Source: Paraburkholderia sp.
GTDB taxonomy: Bacteria > Pseudomonadota > Gammaproteobacteria > Burkholderiales > Burkholderiaceae
Length of the DNA: 64,000 nt
Direction of reading: 5' to 3'
Assembly: GCA_039593375.1 (NCBI GenBank)
Contig: JBCNPL010000001.1
Span: 8,862-72,861, forward strand
Each line of letters starts with the position of its first letter. Within the stretch, counting starts at the first letter, position 1. A program made the position numbers and the translations under genes. Shown here piece by piece: positions 47,426 to 57,181 of the stretch. The notes under the pieces were generated by a model, which searched no databases, had not been told where the DNA came from, and saw only the letters and a list, made by a program, of their open reading frames with translations.

Positions 47426-48367
47426 TCACGGATGCTGCGCGATAAAAGGCGCGACATTCGCTTTGGTCGTCAGCGTGGCCGGCAGCAGTTGCTGAGCCGG
47501 CACGGGCTTCTTCGCGATCAGCGCGAGCGCCGAATCGACGGCCATTCGCCCCATCCGTTGGGTCTGCTGCGTCATCGTCACGTCGATCACGCCGTCGCGC
47601 ACCGCCTTCAGGCCGGCCACGTCCCCGTCGAAGCCCGCGATCAGCACTTTGTGACCGACGTTCGATATCTTGACGGCCTGCGCCGCGCCGAGCGCCATGG
47701 CGTCCGCATGGCCGAAGATCACGTCGATATCGGGCGTACGTTGCAGCATATCCTGCGCGACGGCAAAGCCTTTGTCCTGCGCCCAGTCAGCCGGTTGGCG
47801 CGCCACCACCTTGGCGCCGGGATCCTTGGAGATCGCCTTCGTGAAGCCCTTTTCACGCGCGAGCTCAGGCGTCGTACCGAGTTGCCCTTGCAACTCCGCG
47901 ATGTTCGCATGTCCCTTCGTCTGCTTGATGATCCATTCGCCCAACTCTTGCGCCGCGGCTTCGCTATCCGTCGCGATGAACGTGTCGCCCGGTGCGTCGG
48001 GCGGATTGCGATCCACTGCGATCACGGGTACGCCGGCCGCCTTCGCCGCGCGCACGGGAACGCCCGCCGCCGTCGCGCCCGCGGGGATATAGATCAGCGC
48101 ATCGATCTTGCGCGTCAACAGATCCTGGATCTGATTGACTTGCGTCGCCGCGTCGCCCTTGGCATCGACCGTAATGACATTGACGCCCTTTTGCTTTCCG
48201 TACGATTCGACGGACTGCTTGATCTGATTGAAGAAGTCGGCCTGCAGATTCGCGACGGCAAGACCGATCGTGACAGTCCCGGCCGCCGATGCGTTCGGCG
48301 CGGCAAACGCGAGCCCAAGCGAAGCGGCAATGGCAAGCAGCGAGGAACAGGCAAAGCGTCGATTCAT
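47426..48367 (-). CDS. Sugar ABC transporter substrate-binding protein (RbsB type)
   Basis: Signal peptide; FFNQIK, VIAVDR, DAMALGA, GFDG. Confidence 0.93.
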   Translation of the reverse strand: MNRRFACSSLLAIAASLGLAFAAPNASAAGTVTIGLAVANLQADFFNQIKQSVESYGKQKGVNVITVDAKGDAATQVNQIQDLLTRKIDALIYIPAGATAAGVPVRAAKAAGVPVIAVDRNPPDAPGDTFIATDSEAAAQELGEWIIKQTKGHANIAELQGQLGTTPELAREKGFTKAISKDPGAKVVARQPADWAQDKGFAVAQDMLQRTPDIDVIFGHADAMALGAAQAVKISNVGHKVLIAGFDGDVAGLKAVRDGVIDVTMTQQTQRMGRMAVDSALALIAKKPVPAQQLLPATLTTKANVAPFIAQHP

Positions 48368-48487
48368 GAATGTCTCCTGGTTGTAGTCTCTGTAGTGTCG
48401 AGCCGCGTGGATTTGAAACCATCTGCGCGTTGCGGCGACGGCGCGTGGGTGAGCGGGTGCGTGCGTATCGCGATACGCGCCCGCGCG

Positions 48488-49519
48488 TCAAGACGCATTG
48501 CGACGACGCAGGGTATCGGCGCCGACGGCCAGCACGATCACCATGCCGATCACGATTTGCTGAACGAACGGCGACACGCCGATGAGATTGAGGCCGTTGC
48601 GCAAGACGCCGATCGTGAGCACGCCGACCGCCGTCCCGACGACGGTGCCGGTACCACCGGCCAGGCTCGCTCCGCCGATGACGACCGCGGCGATCGTATC
48701 GAGCTCATAGCCTGTTCCCGCGCTCGGTTGCGACGAATCGAGGCGGCTCGCCAGCACGACGGCCGCGAGGCCGGCGAGTGCGCCGCAGAGCGTGTAGACC
48801 GCGAGCGTCGTGGCGCGCACTTTGATGCCGGCAAGGCGCGCCACTTCGGCGCTGCCGCCAATCGCATAGAGGCTGCGCCCGGCCGCACGGTATTTGAGGA
48901 TCACGAAGCCGGCGATCATGAGCGCGATAAAGAGCCCGACCGTAGCCGACAGAAAACCGAAGTGCCGCACTATCGACAAAGCGGTGAACCAGTCCGGATA
49001 GCCGACGATCTGCTCGCCGTTCGTGATGAGATTGGCCAGGCCGCGCGCGACCGACATCATCGCCAGCGTCGCGATGAAGGCGGGCAAACGCAAGACGATG
49101 ATGAGAAGCCCCGATGCGAGCCCGCATAGTGCGGCCACGGCGATGCTCGCCGGAATGGCGACCGCGAACGGCAGCCCTGCGTTGTTCGAGAGCCAACCCA
49201 TCACCATCATGCCGAGCGCCAGCACCGAGCCGACCGACAGGTCGATGCCGCCGATGATGATGACGGCCGTCATCCCGAGCGCCATGATGCCGAGCACCGT
49301 AATCTGATCGAGTACGTTCAGCAGATTGCGCAACGAGAGAAACGACGGCGTCATCAACGAGATCGCCACGCACAGCAGTATGAGACTGATCAACGGCCCC
49401 TGCTCGAGCAGCAAGCCGAGCCACGCGCGGCGCGCGAAGCCCGCCGCCGCGCCCGTCGCGTCGGAGCGTGCCGATTGCCCGCTCGGCAACTCGACGCTGT
49501 TTTCGATGGACTTGCTCAC
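48488..49519 (-). CDS. Sugar ABC transporter permease (RbsC type)
   Basis: GGIDLSVGS, PAFIATLA, YAIGG..AR.AGI, YELDTIAAVVIGG. Confidence 0.94.
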   Translation of the reverse strand: MSKSIENSVELPSGQSARSDATGAAAGFARRAWLGLLLEQGPLISLILLCVAISLMTPSFLSLRNLLNVLDQITVLGIMALGMTAVIIIGGIDLSVGSVLALGMMVMGWLSNNAGLPFAVAIPASIAVAALCGLASGLLIIVLRLPAFIATLAMMSVARGLANLITNGEQIVGYPDWFTALSIVRHFGFLSATVGLFIALMIAGFVILKYRAAGRSLYAIGGSAEVARLAGIKVRATTLAVYTLCGALAGLAAVVLASRLDSSQPSAGTGYELDTIAAVVIGGASLAGGTGTVVGTAVGVLTIGVLRNGLNLIGVSPFVQQIVIGMVIVLAVGADTLRRRNAS

Positions 49520-49592
49520 GAATCGCCTCCAAGTGTTCCGTGTTGCGCATGCCCGGCTCGCGCATGCCTGATCGGGGGAACGACGACCAGCT

Positions 49593-50390
49593 TCAGCAGA
49601 TCGTGTATCCGCCGTCGATCATCAGGTCCGCGCCCGTGATCATGTCCGCGCCGTTCGATGCGAGAAACACGATGGCGGCCGCGATCTCGTCCGTGTAGGC
49701 GAAACGTCCGGCCGGAATCAGATCTTTCATCCGCTCCCCCTTCTCTCCGTCCCACGCGGCCGCGCCCATGGGCGTCAGCACCACCGTCGGCGAAACGGTG
49801 TTGACGGTAATGCCGCGGCGGCTCCATTCCTTGGCAAGCACCTTGGTCATCCCGATCAGTCCGGCCTTCGCCGACGTGTAGGCGCAATGTTGATCGATCG
49901 CCACCGTCGCCGCCTGCGACGCGATGTTGATGATCTTTGCGCGATGCCCACGCGCGAAGACATGTCGCGCGAAATGTTTGGAGCACAGGAATGGGCCCGT
50001 CAAATTGACGTCGAGCTGCCTGCGCCACTCTTCGATCGTGATGTCTTCGGCGGGCGTCAGCGTGATCGTGCCCGCCGCGTTCACGAGCAAATGCAGGTCG
50101 CCGAAATGCGCGGCCGCCGCGTCGATCGCCGCGGCGACGTCGGCCTCGTTGCCCACATCGCACGGAAATGCGGCGGCATGCGCGGAGCCGAGCGTTTCGA
50201 TGGCATCGGCCACCCTGCCTTCCTCGAAGCGAGGATAAAGAATGGCGATACGCGCGCCCTTCCCGATCAACGCCTCGTTCGTCGCCATCGCGATGCCGCC
50301 GAGACCGCCGGTGATCACGACGACCTTGCCGTCGAGCCGAAAATCGAAATCGACGCCGTGGCGCAACGTCATGTCGTACTGGGTTGTCAT
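49593..50390 (-). CDS. SDR oxidoreductase, GolD/DthD (D-threitol dehydrogenase-like)
   Basis: VDFDFRLDGK, IASQAA.VA..QH.AY..AKAG, SPTVVLTPMG..AW. Confidence 0.8.
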   Translation of the reverse strand: MTTQYDMTLRHGVDFDFRLDGKVVVITGGLGGIAMATNEALIGKGARIAILYPRFEEGRVADAIETLGSAHAAAFPCDVGNEADVAAAIDAAAAHFGDLHLLVNAAGTITLTPAEDITIEEWRRQLDVNLTGPFLCSKHFARHVFARGHRAKIINIASQAATVAIDQHCAYTSAKAGLIGMTKVLAKEWSRRGITVNTVSPTVVLTPMGAAAWDGEKGERMKDLIPAGRFAYTDEIAAAIVFLASNGADMITGADLMIDGGYTIC

Positions 50391-50439
50391 GTCCGTCTCC
50401 TGGATCTTGGTATCTCGGGTATTCGTTCCGCGCTCGAGC

Positions 50440-51420
50440 CTATGCCGTCGCGATCGGCAGACCGATCATCTCGGCCACCGCGCTCTCGATACCTTGCGCG
50501 TCGATACCGTAGTGGCGGCGAATGCCTGCCCGCGTGCCGTAGTGCGCGAATTCGCCTTCTGTCACGCCCAGCATTCTCAGACGCCGAGCGATGCCGCGCC
50601 GCGCCAGTTGCACGGCGATCAATGCGCCGATGCCACCGTGCAGCGAGTGCTCCTCGACCGTCACGATGTCGTCGTGCTCGTTCAGGATGTCGATCAGCCG
50701 ATCGGTGTCTAGCGGCCGGATCGACGAAAGATTCACGAGCGTCAGCGCTATTCCTTTGGCCCTGAGCGCTTCGCATGCCGCAAACGCCTCGCCGACGACC
50801 GACCCGAGCGCGACGACAACCACGCGCCGACCGCCGGCCTCTTCGATCGCACGCCCTTGCAGCAGCACGTCCGGCTTGCCCGGCTCGAAGACGTGATCGA
50901 CATCGTGCAGCATCGGAAACTTTGCATTGTCGAGGCGAATATAGACAGGACCGTCGACGCTCGCGGCATAGCGCACCATCTGCGCAGCCTCCAGGGCATC
51001 GCATGGCGCAAAGATCTGGACATTGCCGAGGCCGCTCATGATCGAGACGTCATCGATCGCATGGTGCGTCGACGCGAGCGGACCATACGCGACGCCCGCA
51101 TTCAAGCCCAGCATCTTGACATTGGTCCGGCTGTAGCAGACATCGTTCTTGACCTGCTCGTTGGCGCGCGCGACGAGAAATGGAGCGGCATTCGCCGTGA
51201 AAACGACATGCCCACCGAGCGCAAGGCCCGCGGCCATGCCGACCATGTTCTGCTCGGCGATGCCGACGTTGATGACGCGATCCTCATAGCGCCGCTGAAA
51301 CGAAGCGATTTTCGACGTCGACGTCGAATCGCTGACCATCACGATCAAATCGGTGCCGCCGTCGACGAGCTCCGTGAGCGCGCCCATCACGCCGTCGCGC
51401 AAATCCGCCGGTTCATGCAT
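50440..51420 (-). CDS. Split transketolase, C-terminal subunit (AptB-like)
   Basis: DSTSTSK, VGIAEQ, RANEQVK, GPLASTHH, PVYIRL, TVEEH. Confidence 0.9.
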   Translation of the reverse strand: MHEPADLRDGVMGALTELVDGGTDLIVMVSDSTSTSKIASFQRRYEDRVINVGIAEQNMVGMAAGLALGGHVVFTANAAPFLVARANEQVKNDVCYSRTNVKMLGLNAGVAYGPLASTHHAIDDVSIMSGLGNVQIFAPCDALEAAQMVRYAASVDGPVYIRLDNAKFPMLHDVDHVFEPGKPDVLLQGRAIEEAGGRRVVVVALGSVVGEAFAACEALRAKGIALTLVNLSSIRPLDTDRLIDILNEHDDIVTVEEHSLHGGIGALIAVQLARRGIARRLRMLGVTEGEFAHYGTRAGIRRHYGIDAQGIESAVAEMIGLPIATA

Positions 51421-52252
51421 GATCGAGCTCCTTCAACGCGAGCGCGAGCTCGTCTTCGTTCGGGTACTTGTGATGCCATGCCGCAACGTTCTCCATGAAC
51501 GAGACGCCGCGACCCTTGATAGTCTGCGCGATCACGGCCTTCGGCTTGCCGTTATGGAAATCGAAGCTCTCCATCAGCGTCGAAAGTCCGATTGGATCGT
51601 TGCCGTCCGTCTCGTGAACTTCCATGCCGAAAGCGGCGAACTTCTCGTGAAGCGGCTCGATGTCCATGATGTTCTTTGTCGCATCGGCCAGCTGAAGATG
51701 GTTGCGATCGACGATGACGACCAGGTTGTCGAGCCGAAAATGGCTCGCGGCCATTGCAGCTTCCCAATTGGAGCCTTCTTCGAGCTCGCCGTCTCCAGTC
51801 AGGACGAACACGCGGCCGGCCTCGCCTCCTTGCGTCTTGCGACGCTTCGCGAGCGCGAGACCCGCCGCGATCGACATGCCGTGGCCGAGCGCTCCTGTGT
51901 TCACCGTCACATACTCAGGCAGCTTTTGGCGGACCGGGTGCCCCGGCAACCGCGAATGATCGCGCAAATAGCCCGACAGCTCCTCGTCTCGCAGCCAGCC
52001 CAGCTCGGCGAAGCAGCAATAGAGACCGCCCACGCCGTGCCCTTTGCTCAGCACGAACTGGTCGTGCCAGGCGAGCGGGCTAGCGCGATAGCGCATCACA
52101 CGGAAATAGAGTGCAACGAGGATGTCGACCTCCGACATGTCGCCGCCCGTGTGACCGCTCTTTGCCGTCGCGTTCATGACGCAAATGCGCTTGCGGATCG
52201 CGCGTGCGCGCGCCTTCAGCTCAGGCTCGGCGAGGAGGAACGGATTTTCCAT
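51413..52252 (-). CDS. Split transketolase, N-terminal TPP-binding subunit (AptA-like)
   Basis: GHTGG, SKGH, TGALGHG, GDGELEEGSNWE..N, TIKGRG, WHH. Confidence 0.9.
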   Translation of the reverse strand: MENPFLLAEPELKARARAIRKRICVMNATAKSGHTGGDMSEVDILVALYFRVMRYRASPLAWHDQFVLSKGHGVGGLYCCFAELGWLRDEELSGYLRDHSRLPGHPVRQKLPEYVTVNTGALGHGMSIAAGLALAKRRKTQGGEAGRVFVLTGDGELEEGSNWEAAMAASHFRLDNLVVIVDRNHLQLADATKNIMDIEPLHEKFAAFGMEVHETDGNDPIGLSTLMESFDFHNGKPKAVIAQTIKGRGVSFMENVAAWHHKYPNEDELALALKELDHA

Positions 52253-52254
52253 TA

Positions 52255-52295
52255 ACTTTCTCTTAGTTTCTCTTCAGTTGCTTTTAGTTTCTTCC
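52255..52295. promoter_or_regulatory. Four phased ~10-11 bp direct repeats, probable DeoR operator
   Basis: actttctctt / agtttctcttc / agttgctttt / agtttcttcc directly upstream of the transketolase ATG, divergent from DeoR. Confidence 0.55.
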
Positions 52296-52539
52296 GCAAT
52301 CAAACGGAAGTCAATGACTTCCCTTGCATTTCGGCTCAGGGAATACCCGAGCGCATCAGCAGCCCGGCTGGCACCGCATTCTGAACACGAATTCGTCAAG
52401 CGCTTCGCGGTACTTGGCGCAGCGGCCGGGACTTTCCAAATGGAAAGTCGAGCTATAATCGATCGAAACCATACGCAAGTCGTGCTTGCAAGGGCGGCCG
52501 AAACGGCGCAGGCACACGGGCCCTAGACCGGAAACCAAG

Positions 52540-53310
52540 ATGGATCAGAAGACCCGCTGGGAGAATATTTACGCGCGGGTGCGCGACATGAAGGCAGTCA
52601 AGCTGTCCGACCTCGCTCGCACCTTCAACGTATCGATGCCGACGATCCGCAAGGACGTCGATGCGCTGGAGCACGACGGGCTCGTCGAGCGCGTGCATGG
52701 ACTCGTGCGGCTCAAGACGCTCTCGTACATGTTCGACGGCACCGGGATGAGCCACTTGCAACCGACGGCCGCGAAAGTCTGGATCGGAGCGAAAGCGGCG
52801 ACGCTCGTGGCCAACGGCGACTCGATGATTCTCGATTGCGGCGCGACGACGACGGAGATGGCGAAGAATCTCGTCGGCCGCCAGCATCTGCGCATCGTCA
52901 CGAATGCGTTGAACATCGCGATGTTGCTCGGCAACGAACCATCGAACCGTGTGATGCTGACAGGCGGTCAGTTCATGCCGGAGACATTGGCCGTTTCCGG
53001 AGAAAAGGCGTCGGCCTTCTTCGAAGGCATGTTCGTCGACAAGCTCTTCCTCGCGGCTGGCGGGGTATCGAAGGAAGGAGGAATCTCCTATCCCGACTTT
53101 ATCGATCTGCACGTGAAGAGCGGCATGATCGGCGCCGCGAGGCATGTCTATCTGCTCGCCGACTCCGAGAAGTTCGGCCGCCGCGAATTCGCGACGTTCG
53201 GCGCGATGGAGCGCGTGCACACGGTGGTGACCGATCGCGGGCTCGCGCCCGAGCATCTCGAGTGGCTTCGCGGCCTCGGCATCGAAGTGATCTTTGCGGA
53301 CGCGCCCTGA
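52540..53310 (+). CDS. DeoR/GlpR family transcriptional regulator
   Basis: VSMPTIRKDVDALE, ILDCGATT, IVTNALNIA, LADSEKF. Confidence 0.92.
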   Translation: MDQKTRWENIYARVRDMKAVKLSDLARTFNVSMPTIRKDVDALEHDGLVERVHGLVRLKTLSYMFDGTGMSHLQPTAAKVWIGAKAATLVANGDSMILDCGATTTEMAKNLVGRQHLRIVTNALNIAMLLGNEPSNRVMLTGGQFMPETLAVSGEKASAFFEGMFVDKLFLAAGGVSKEGGISYPDFIDLHVKSGMIGAARHVYLLADSEKFGRREFATFGAMERVHTVVTDRGLAPEHLEWLRGLGIEVIFADAP

Positions 53311-53416
53311 CGACGTCGCAGCGGATGTCGAAAGCGCAGCGCGTCCGCCACCAACGGGCGCTCATGCCAACGCGGGGGAAGGCGCCGGAGCGGCTCAGCC
53401 GGTCACGCGTCGCGGG

Positions 53417-55522
53417 TCATTCGGTCAAGCGAATAGGCAACTTCCTGACGCGCACGCCGACGGCGTCATGGACGGCGGCCGCGACAGCCGCATCGACGCC
53501 TGTCGCACCGATTTCGCCAATGCCGCGAGCGCCGATCACGCTCGCATGCGGATCGTATTCGTCGACGAAATGGATCGTGATATCGGTCGGAATGTCCGCG
53601 TTGACCGGTATGGCCACATTCGAGAGGTTCTTCGCGAGCCATCCGCCATAGCGCGGCTCTTGAATGCTCGCCTCCATCGTGGCTTTGCCCCAGCCCCAGA
53701 TGATCCCGCCCGTCATCTGGCTTCGCGCCGTCTTCGGATTGATGATCCGGCCGACCGAATAAGCGCCGACGGCTCGCCGCAGGCGCACGAGACCGAGTTC
53801 GGGATCGACGCCGACTTCGACGAAAATCGCCCCCCAAGTCCGCATCGCGTACGGCGTATCCGCACCGTCCGCGTTGAAGGGCGCACCGCCGGGCAAAGTG
53901 AAGTTTCCCGACGCCGAAATTTCCTCCAGCCCGGCACTGCGTACGATCGCACCGGGATCGTCCCCCGCCCCCATCGCCGCGAGCCTGGTCCGGATCTCGC
54001 GGCAGGCAAGCGCGACGGCGCTGCCCGTGCCGACCGTGGCGCTCGATCCATAAACCGGGCCGCCCGGATGCAGCCGCGTGTCGCCCCACGCGATCGAGAC
54101 TCTATCCACGGGCAAGCCGAGTTCGCTGGCGGCGATCTGGCAGAAGACAGTCTGGGTGCCCGTACCGATGTCGTGCGTATTGGCTTCGATGACCGCGGAG
54201 CCGTCGGCCTTCAACCGAACGAGCGCACCGCCGGGAAAACGAAAATTGCCCATCGAGCAGGTGGCCATGCCATGACCGATGCGCCATGGGCCATCCTCGC
54301 GCGGTCGTTGGTGGCGCATGCGCCAACCGTAGAGGCGCGCCCCCGCGTCATAGGCTTCGCGCAATTTCTTCGATGACCACGGTTTGCCCGTGAGCGGATC
54401 GACCTCAGCGTAGTTCTTCAGCCGAAGATCGAGAGGGTCCATGCCGAGTTGCTCCGCCAACTCGTTCATCGCACTTTCGAGTGCCCAGAGGCCGGGCCCC
54501 TCCACAGGGGCTCGCATCGGTGTCGGCACGTTGATGTGGATGCGCTTGATCAACTGCTTCGTCCGAATGGCCGGGCAAGCGTAAAGCGACTTGCTGCCTT
54601 CGCTCGACGGTTCGACATGCGTATCGGCGATCGCGGACGAGTTGACGATCTCATGCTCGATGGCGGTCAATGCGCCATCCTCGCGGGCGCCGAGGCTGAT
54701 CCGCTGGAGCATCCAAGGCTGATAGCCGACGCAAGCGTATTGATCTTGCCGGCGCAAATGCAGTTTCACAGGCCGGCCGATAATGCGAGCGCACGCCGCC
54801 GCCAGAATCTGATGCGGCCAGACGTATCCTTTGGAGCCGAAGCCGCCGCCCGTGTGTGGCGCGATGACGCAGATATCGGCGGCATCGATGCCCAACGCGG
54901 CCGCCACGACCGGTGGCACGTTCGCACTCGCCTGCACCGCATCCCAAAGCGTCAGCTTCCCGTTCTCGAATTGCGCGACCGTACCCGACGTTTCCATTGC
55001 ATGGTGATGTCGGTCAGGCTGTTCGTACGATTGCCGCACCACGAACTTCGACTCGGCGAGACTTTGCTCGACATCGCCCATGTCGAGATCCTCGCCGAGC
55101 ATGCGCGGCGTCGGCGCCGCTTCGTTCTTGCCCGCGGCGAGCCCAATCGGGCTTTCCGGCATGCATCTCACCGTGACCGCGGCGCGCGCCTCTTCGGCGG
55201 CGTCGATCGATTCGGCGAGCACGATCGCCACCGGCTCGCCCTGAAAGCGAATCTCATCGTGCTGCATCGGCATGCTCAGCACGGCTGCCGGTGGGCCGAT
55301 TTCGCCGAAGCGCGGCATGTCGTTCGCGGTGAGGACGCGTATCACGCCTGGCACGGCAAGCGCGGCATCCGCGTCGATCGCGACGACACGCCCGGCCGCG
55401 ACCGGGGCACCGACGATCACGGCGTGAAGTGTGCCCTTCGGCGTGTTGTCGGCGGCGTATCTTGCTCGCCCCGTGACTTTCGCGATGCTTTCGATGCGAG
55501 ATATCGGCGTTCCGATGGTCAT
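53417..55522 (-). CDS. Xanthine dehydrogenase family Mo-binding subunit (PaoC/YagR-like)
   Basis: KVTGRARYAAD, GGGFGSK, MRAP, DIGTG, GGIIWG.G, ARGIGEIG. Confidence 0.92.
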   Translation of the reverse strand: MTIGTPISRIESIAKVTGRARYAADNTPKGTLHAVIVGAPVAAGRVVAIDADAALAVPGVIRVLTANDMPRFGEIGPPAAVLSMPMQHDEIRFQGEPVAIVLAESIDAAEEARAAVTVRCMPESPIGLAAGKNEAAPTPRMLGEDLDMGDVEQSLAESKFVVRQSYEQPDRHHHAMETSGTVAQFENGKLTLWDAVQASANVPPVVAAALGIDAADICVIAPHTGGGFGSKGYVWPHQILAAACARIIGRPVKLHLRRQDQYACVGYQPWMLQRISLGAREDGALTAIEHEIVNSSAIADTHVEPSSEGSKSLYACPAIRTKQLIKRIHINVPTPMRAPVEGPGLWALESAMNELAEQLGMDPLDLRLKNYAEVDPLTGKPWSSKKLREAYDAGARLYGWRMRHQRPREDGPWRIGHGMATCSMGNFRFPGGALVRLKADGSAVIEANTHDIGTGTQTVFCQIAASELGLPVDRVSIAWGDTRLHPGGPVYGSSATVGTGSAVALACREIRTRLAAMGAGDDPGAIVRSAGLEEISASGNFTLPGGAPFNADGADTPYAMRTWGAIFVEVGVDPELGLVRLRRAVGAYSVGRIINPKTARSQMTGGIIWGWGKATMEASIQEPRYGGWLAKNLSNVAIPVNADIPTDITIHFVDEYDPHASVIGARGIGEIGATGVDAAVAAAVHDAVGVRVRKLPIRLTE

Positions 55523-56526
55523 GATCTACCTGCAGCCGTGAGAATGGCGCGAACCGCTGCGTTGCGCGCGAGCTTCACCTTGAAGCCGTTTTCCGCAAGC
55601 GGTACTGCATCTTTCATTGCCGCATCGATCGCATTCGCGAGCGTCTTTTTGTCGAGGGGTTGCCCGACGAGCACCGCTTCCGCGGCCGGGAGCCGCCACG
55701 GACGTTGCGCAACGCTACCCAATGCAATCGAGATGCGCTCGATGACATCGCCGTTCATCTCGAGCGAGGCCGCGGCGGATACGAGCGCGTATTCGTAGCT
55801 GGCTCTTTCACGAACCTTGATGTAAGCGGATCGGGAGTCGGGACGCAGCGGAATCTGGAACGAAACGATCATTTCATCGTCGCCGAGACGCGTCTCACGG
55901 CGAGCCGCATCGCCCAGCGCCGCCGCTTCCATCTGGGTCAGGTGAAATTCGGTCATGGCCAACGAGCGCGGCCCGCGCGAGCCGACGACTTGTACCTGCG
56001 CATCGAGGCAGGCAAGGGCCACGGCCGGGTCCGAAGGTTGGACGGCCACGCACTCGTCGGTCCAGCCGAAAATGGCCTGCCGATCGTTGACACCCGTGCG
56101 AGCGGCGCACCCTGTGTTCGGCTCGCGTTTGTTGCAGGGCCACGGCAGCGGCGTTTCGGCCCGAAAATAGGCGCAGCGCGTCTTCTGCAAGACGTTTCCG
56201 CCTAGCGTGGCCCGATTGCGCACTTGCGGCGACGCCGCCGCGAGGCAGGCTTGCGCGAGCACATTGGCGTGAGCCGCGATGAGCGGATGCTCGCCGATCG
56301 CATTGAGGTTCGCGAGCGCGCCGATCGTCAGTCGATCGGCTTCGATCGCGATCGTGTCGATGTCACGGATGCCGCCTATGTCGACGAGATGGGACGGCGC
56401 CGCGATCCCGAGCCGCATCCAGTTGAGCAGTTCGGTCCCCCCCGCGATGATGGCCGCATGCTTCGCGGCGATCGTCGCCAGGCAATCTTCGACGGTTGCG
56501 CTTCGCTGATAGCCGAAGTCGTTCAT
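55519..56526 (-). CDS. Xanthine dehydrogenase family FAD subunit (PaoB/YagS-like)
   Basis: IAGGTEL, ASPQVRNRATLGGN, RCAYFR..CNKR..GC..C, KVRERASYEYAL; ATGA overlaps on both sides. Confidence 0.92.
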   Translation of the reverse strand: MNDFGYQRSATVEDCLATIAAKHAAIIAGGTELLNWMRLGIAAPSHLVDIGGIRDIDTIAIEADRLTIGALANLNAIGEHPLIAAHANVLAQACLAAASPQVRNRATLGGNVLQKTRCAYFRAETPLPWPCNKREPNTGCAARTGVNDRQAIFGWTDECVAVQPSDPAVALACLDAQVQVVGSRGPRSLAMTEFHLTQMEAAALGDAARRETRLGDDEMIVSFQIPLRPDSRSAYIKVRERASYEYALVSAAASLEMNGDVIERISIALGSVAQRPWRLPAAEAVLVGQPLDKKTLANAIDAAMKDAVPLAENGFKVKLARNAAVRAILTAAGRS

Positions 56527-57035
56527 TCCGCGTTCTCCATGCGTCTCGCCGCATCGAGAACGGCTGCCGTGATCTGCGGATAGCACGAGCAGCGGCAGAG
56601 ATTGCCGCTCATCCATTCACGCACGGTAGCTTCATCGACGGCATGCCCCTCCGCGATACAGGCAGCGGCCGAGACGATCTGACCGGGCGTACAGTAACCG
56701 CATTGAAAGGCGTCGTGGTCGATAAACGCTTCCTGCACGGGATGCAGCGTGCCATCGGGACCGGCAATGCCTTCGACCGTCGTCACGTCGGTGCCTTCGC
56801 ATTGCACAACGAGGGTCAGACAGCTATTCATGCGCTTACCGTCTATCAGCACGGTGCAGGTTCCGCACGCGCCTTCATTGCAGCCTTTCTTCGTGCCGGT
56901 GAGACCCGCCTCTTCGCGCAGCCAGTCGAGCAGCGTGACGCGCGGTTGGACGTTGGCGGTGTACGACTGTTTATTGACGCGCAGCGTGACGGTGGCGCGC
57001 TGCCTCGATGGCGCACCCGTGGAGAATTCGGCCAT
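56523..57035 (-). CDS. (2Fe-2S) subunit (PaoA/YagT-like), no Tat leader
   Basis: GTKKGCNEGACGTCTV, NSCL, QCGYCTPG, GNLCRC. Confidence 0.92.
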   Translation of the reverse strand: MAEFSTGAPSRQRATVTLRVNKQSYTANVQPRVTLLDWLREEAGLTGTKKGCNEGACGTCTVLIDGKRMNSCLTLVVQCEGTDVTTVEGIAGPDGTLHPVQEAFIDHDAFQCGYCTPGQIVSAAACIAEGHAVDEATVREWMSGNLCRCSCYPQITAAVLDAARRMENAE

Positions 57036-57181
57036 TGGCTGCCTCGCTTCGAAGGAGGGCAATGGGTCGAAGTATAGGAAATAAAAACGCGGGGTTAAAA
57101 GGCCGTGCCGACGGCGTCGCCGAAGCGGCGACTTTCGACTGACGAATCAAAGCCGCAAATGCGTCGGCCCGCTGATCGGGC

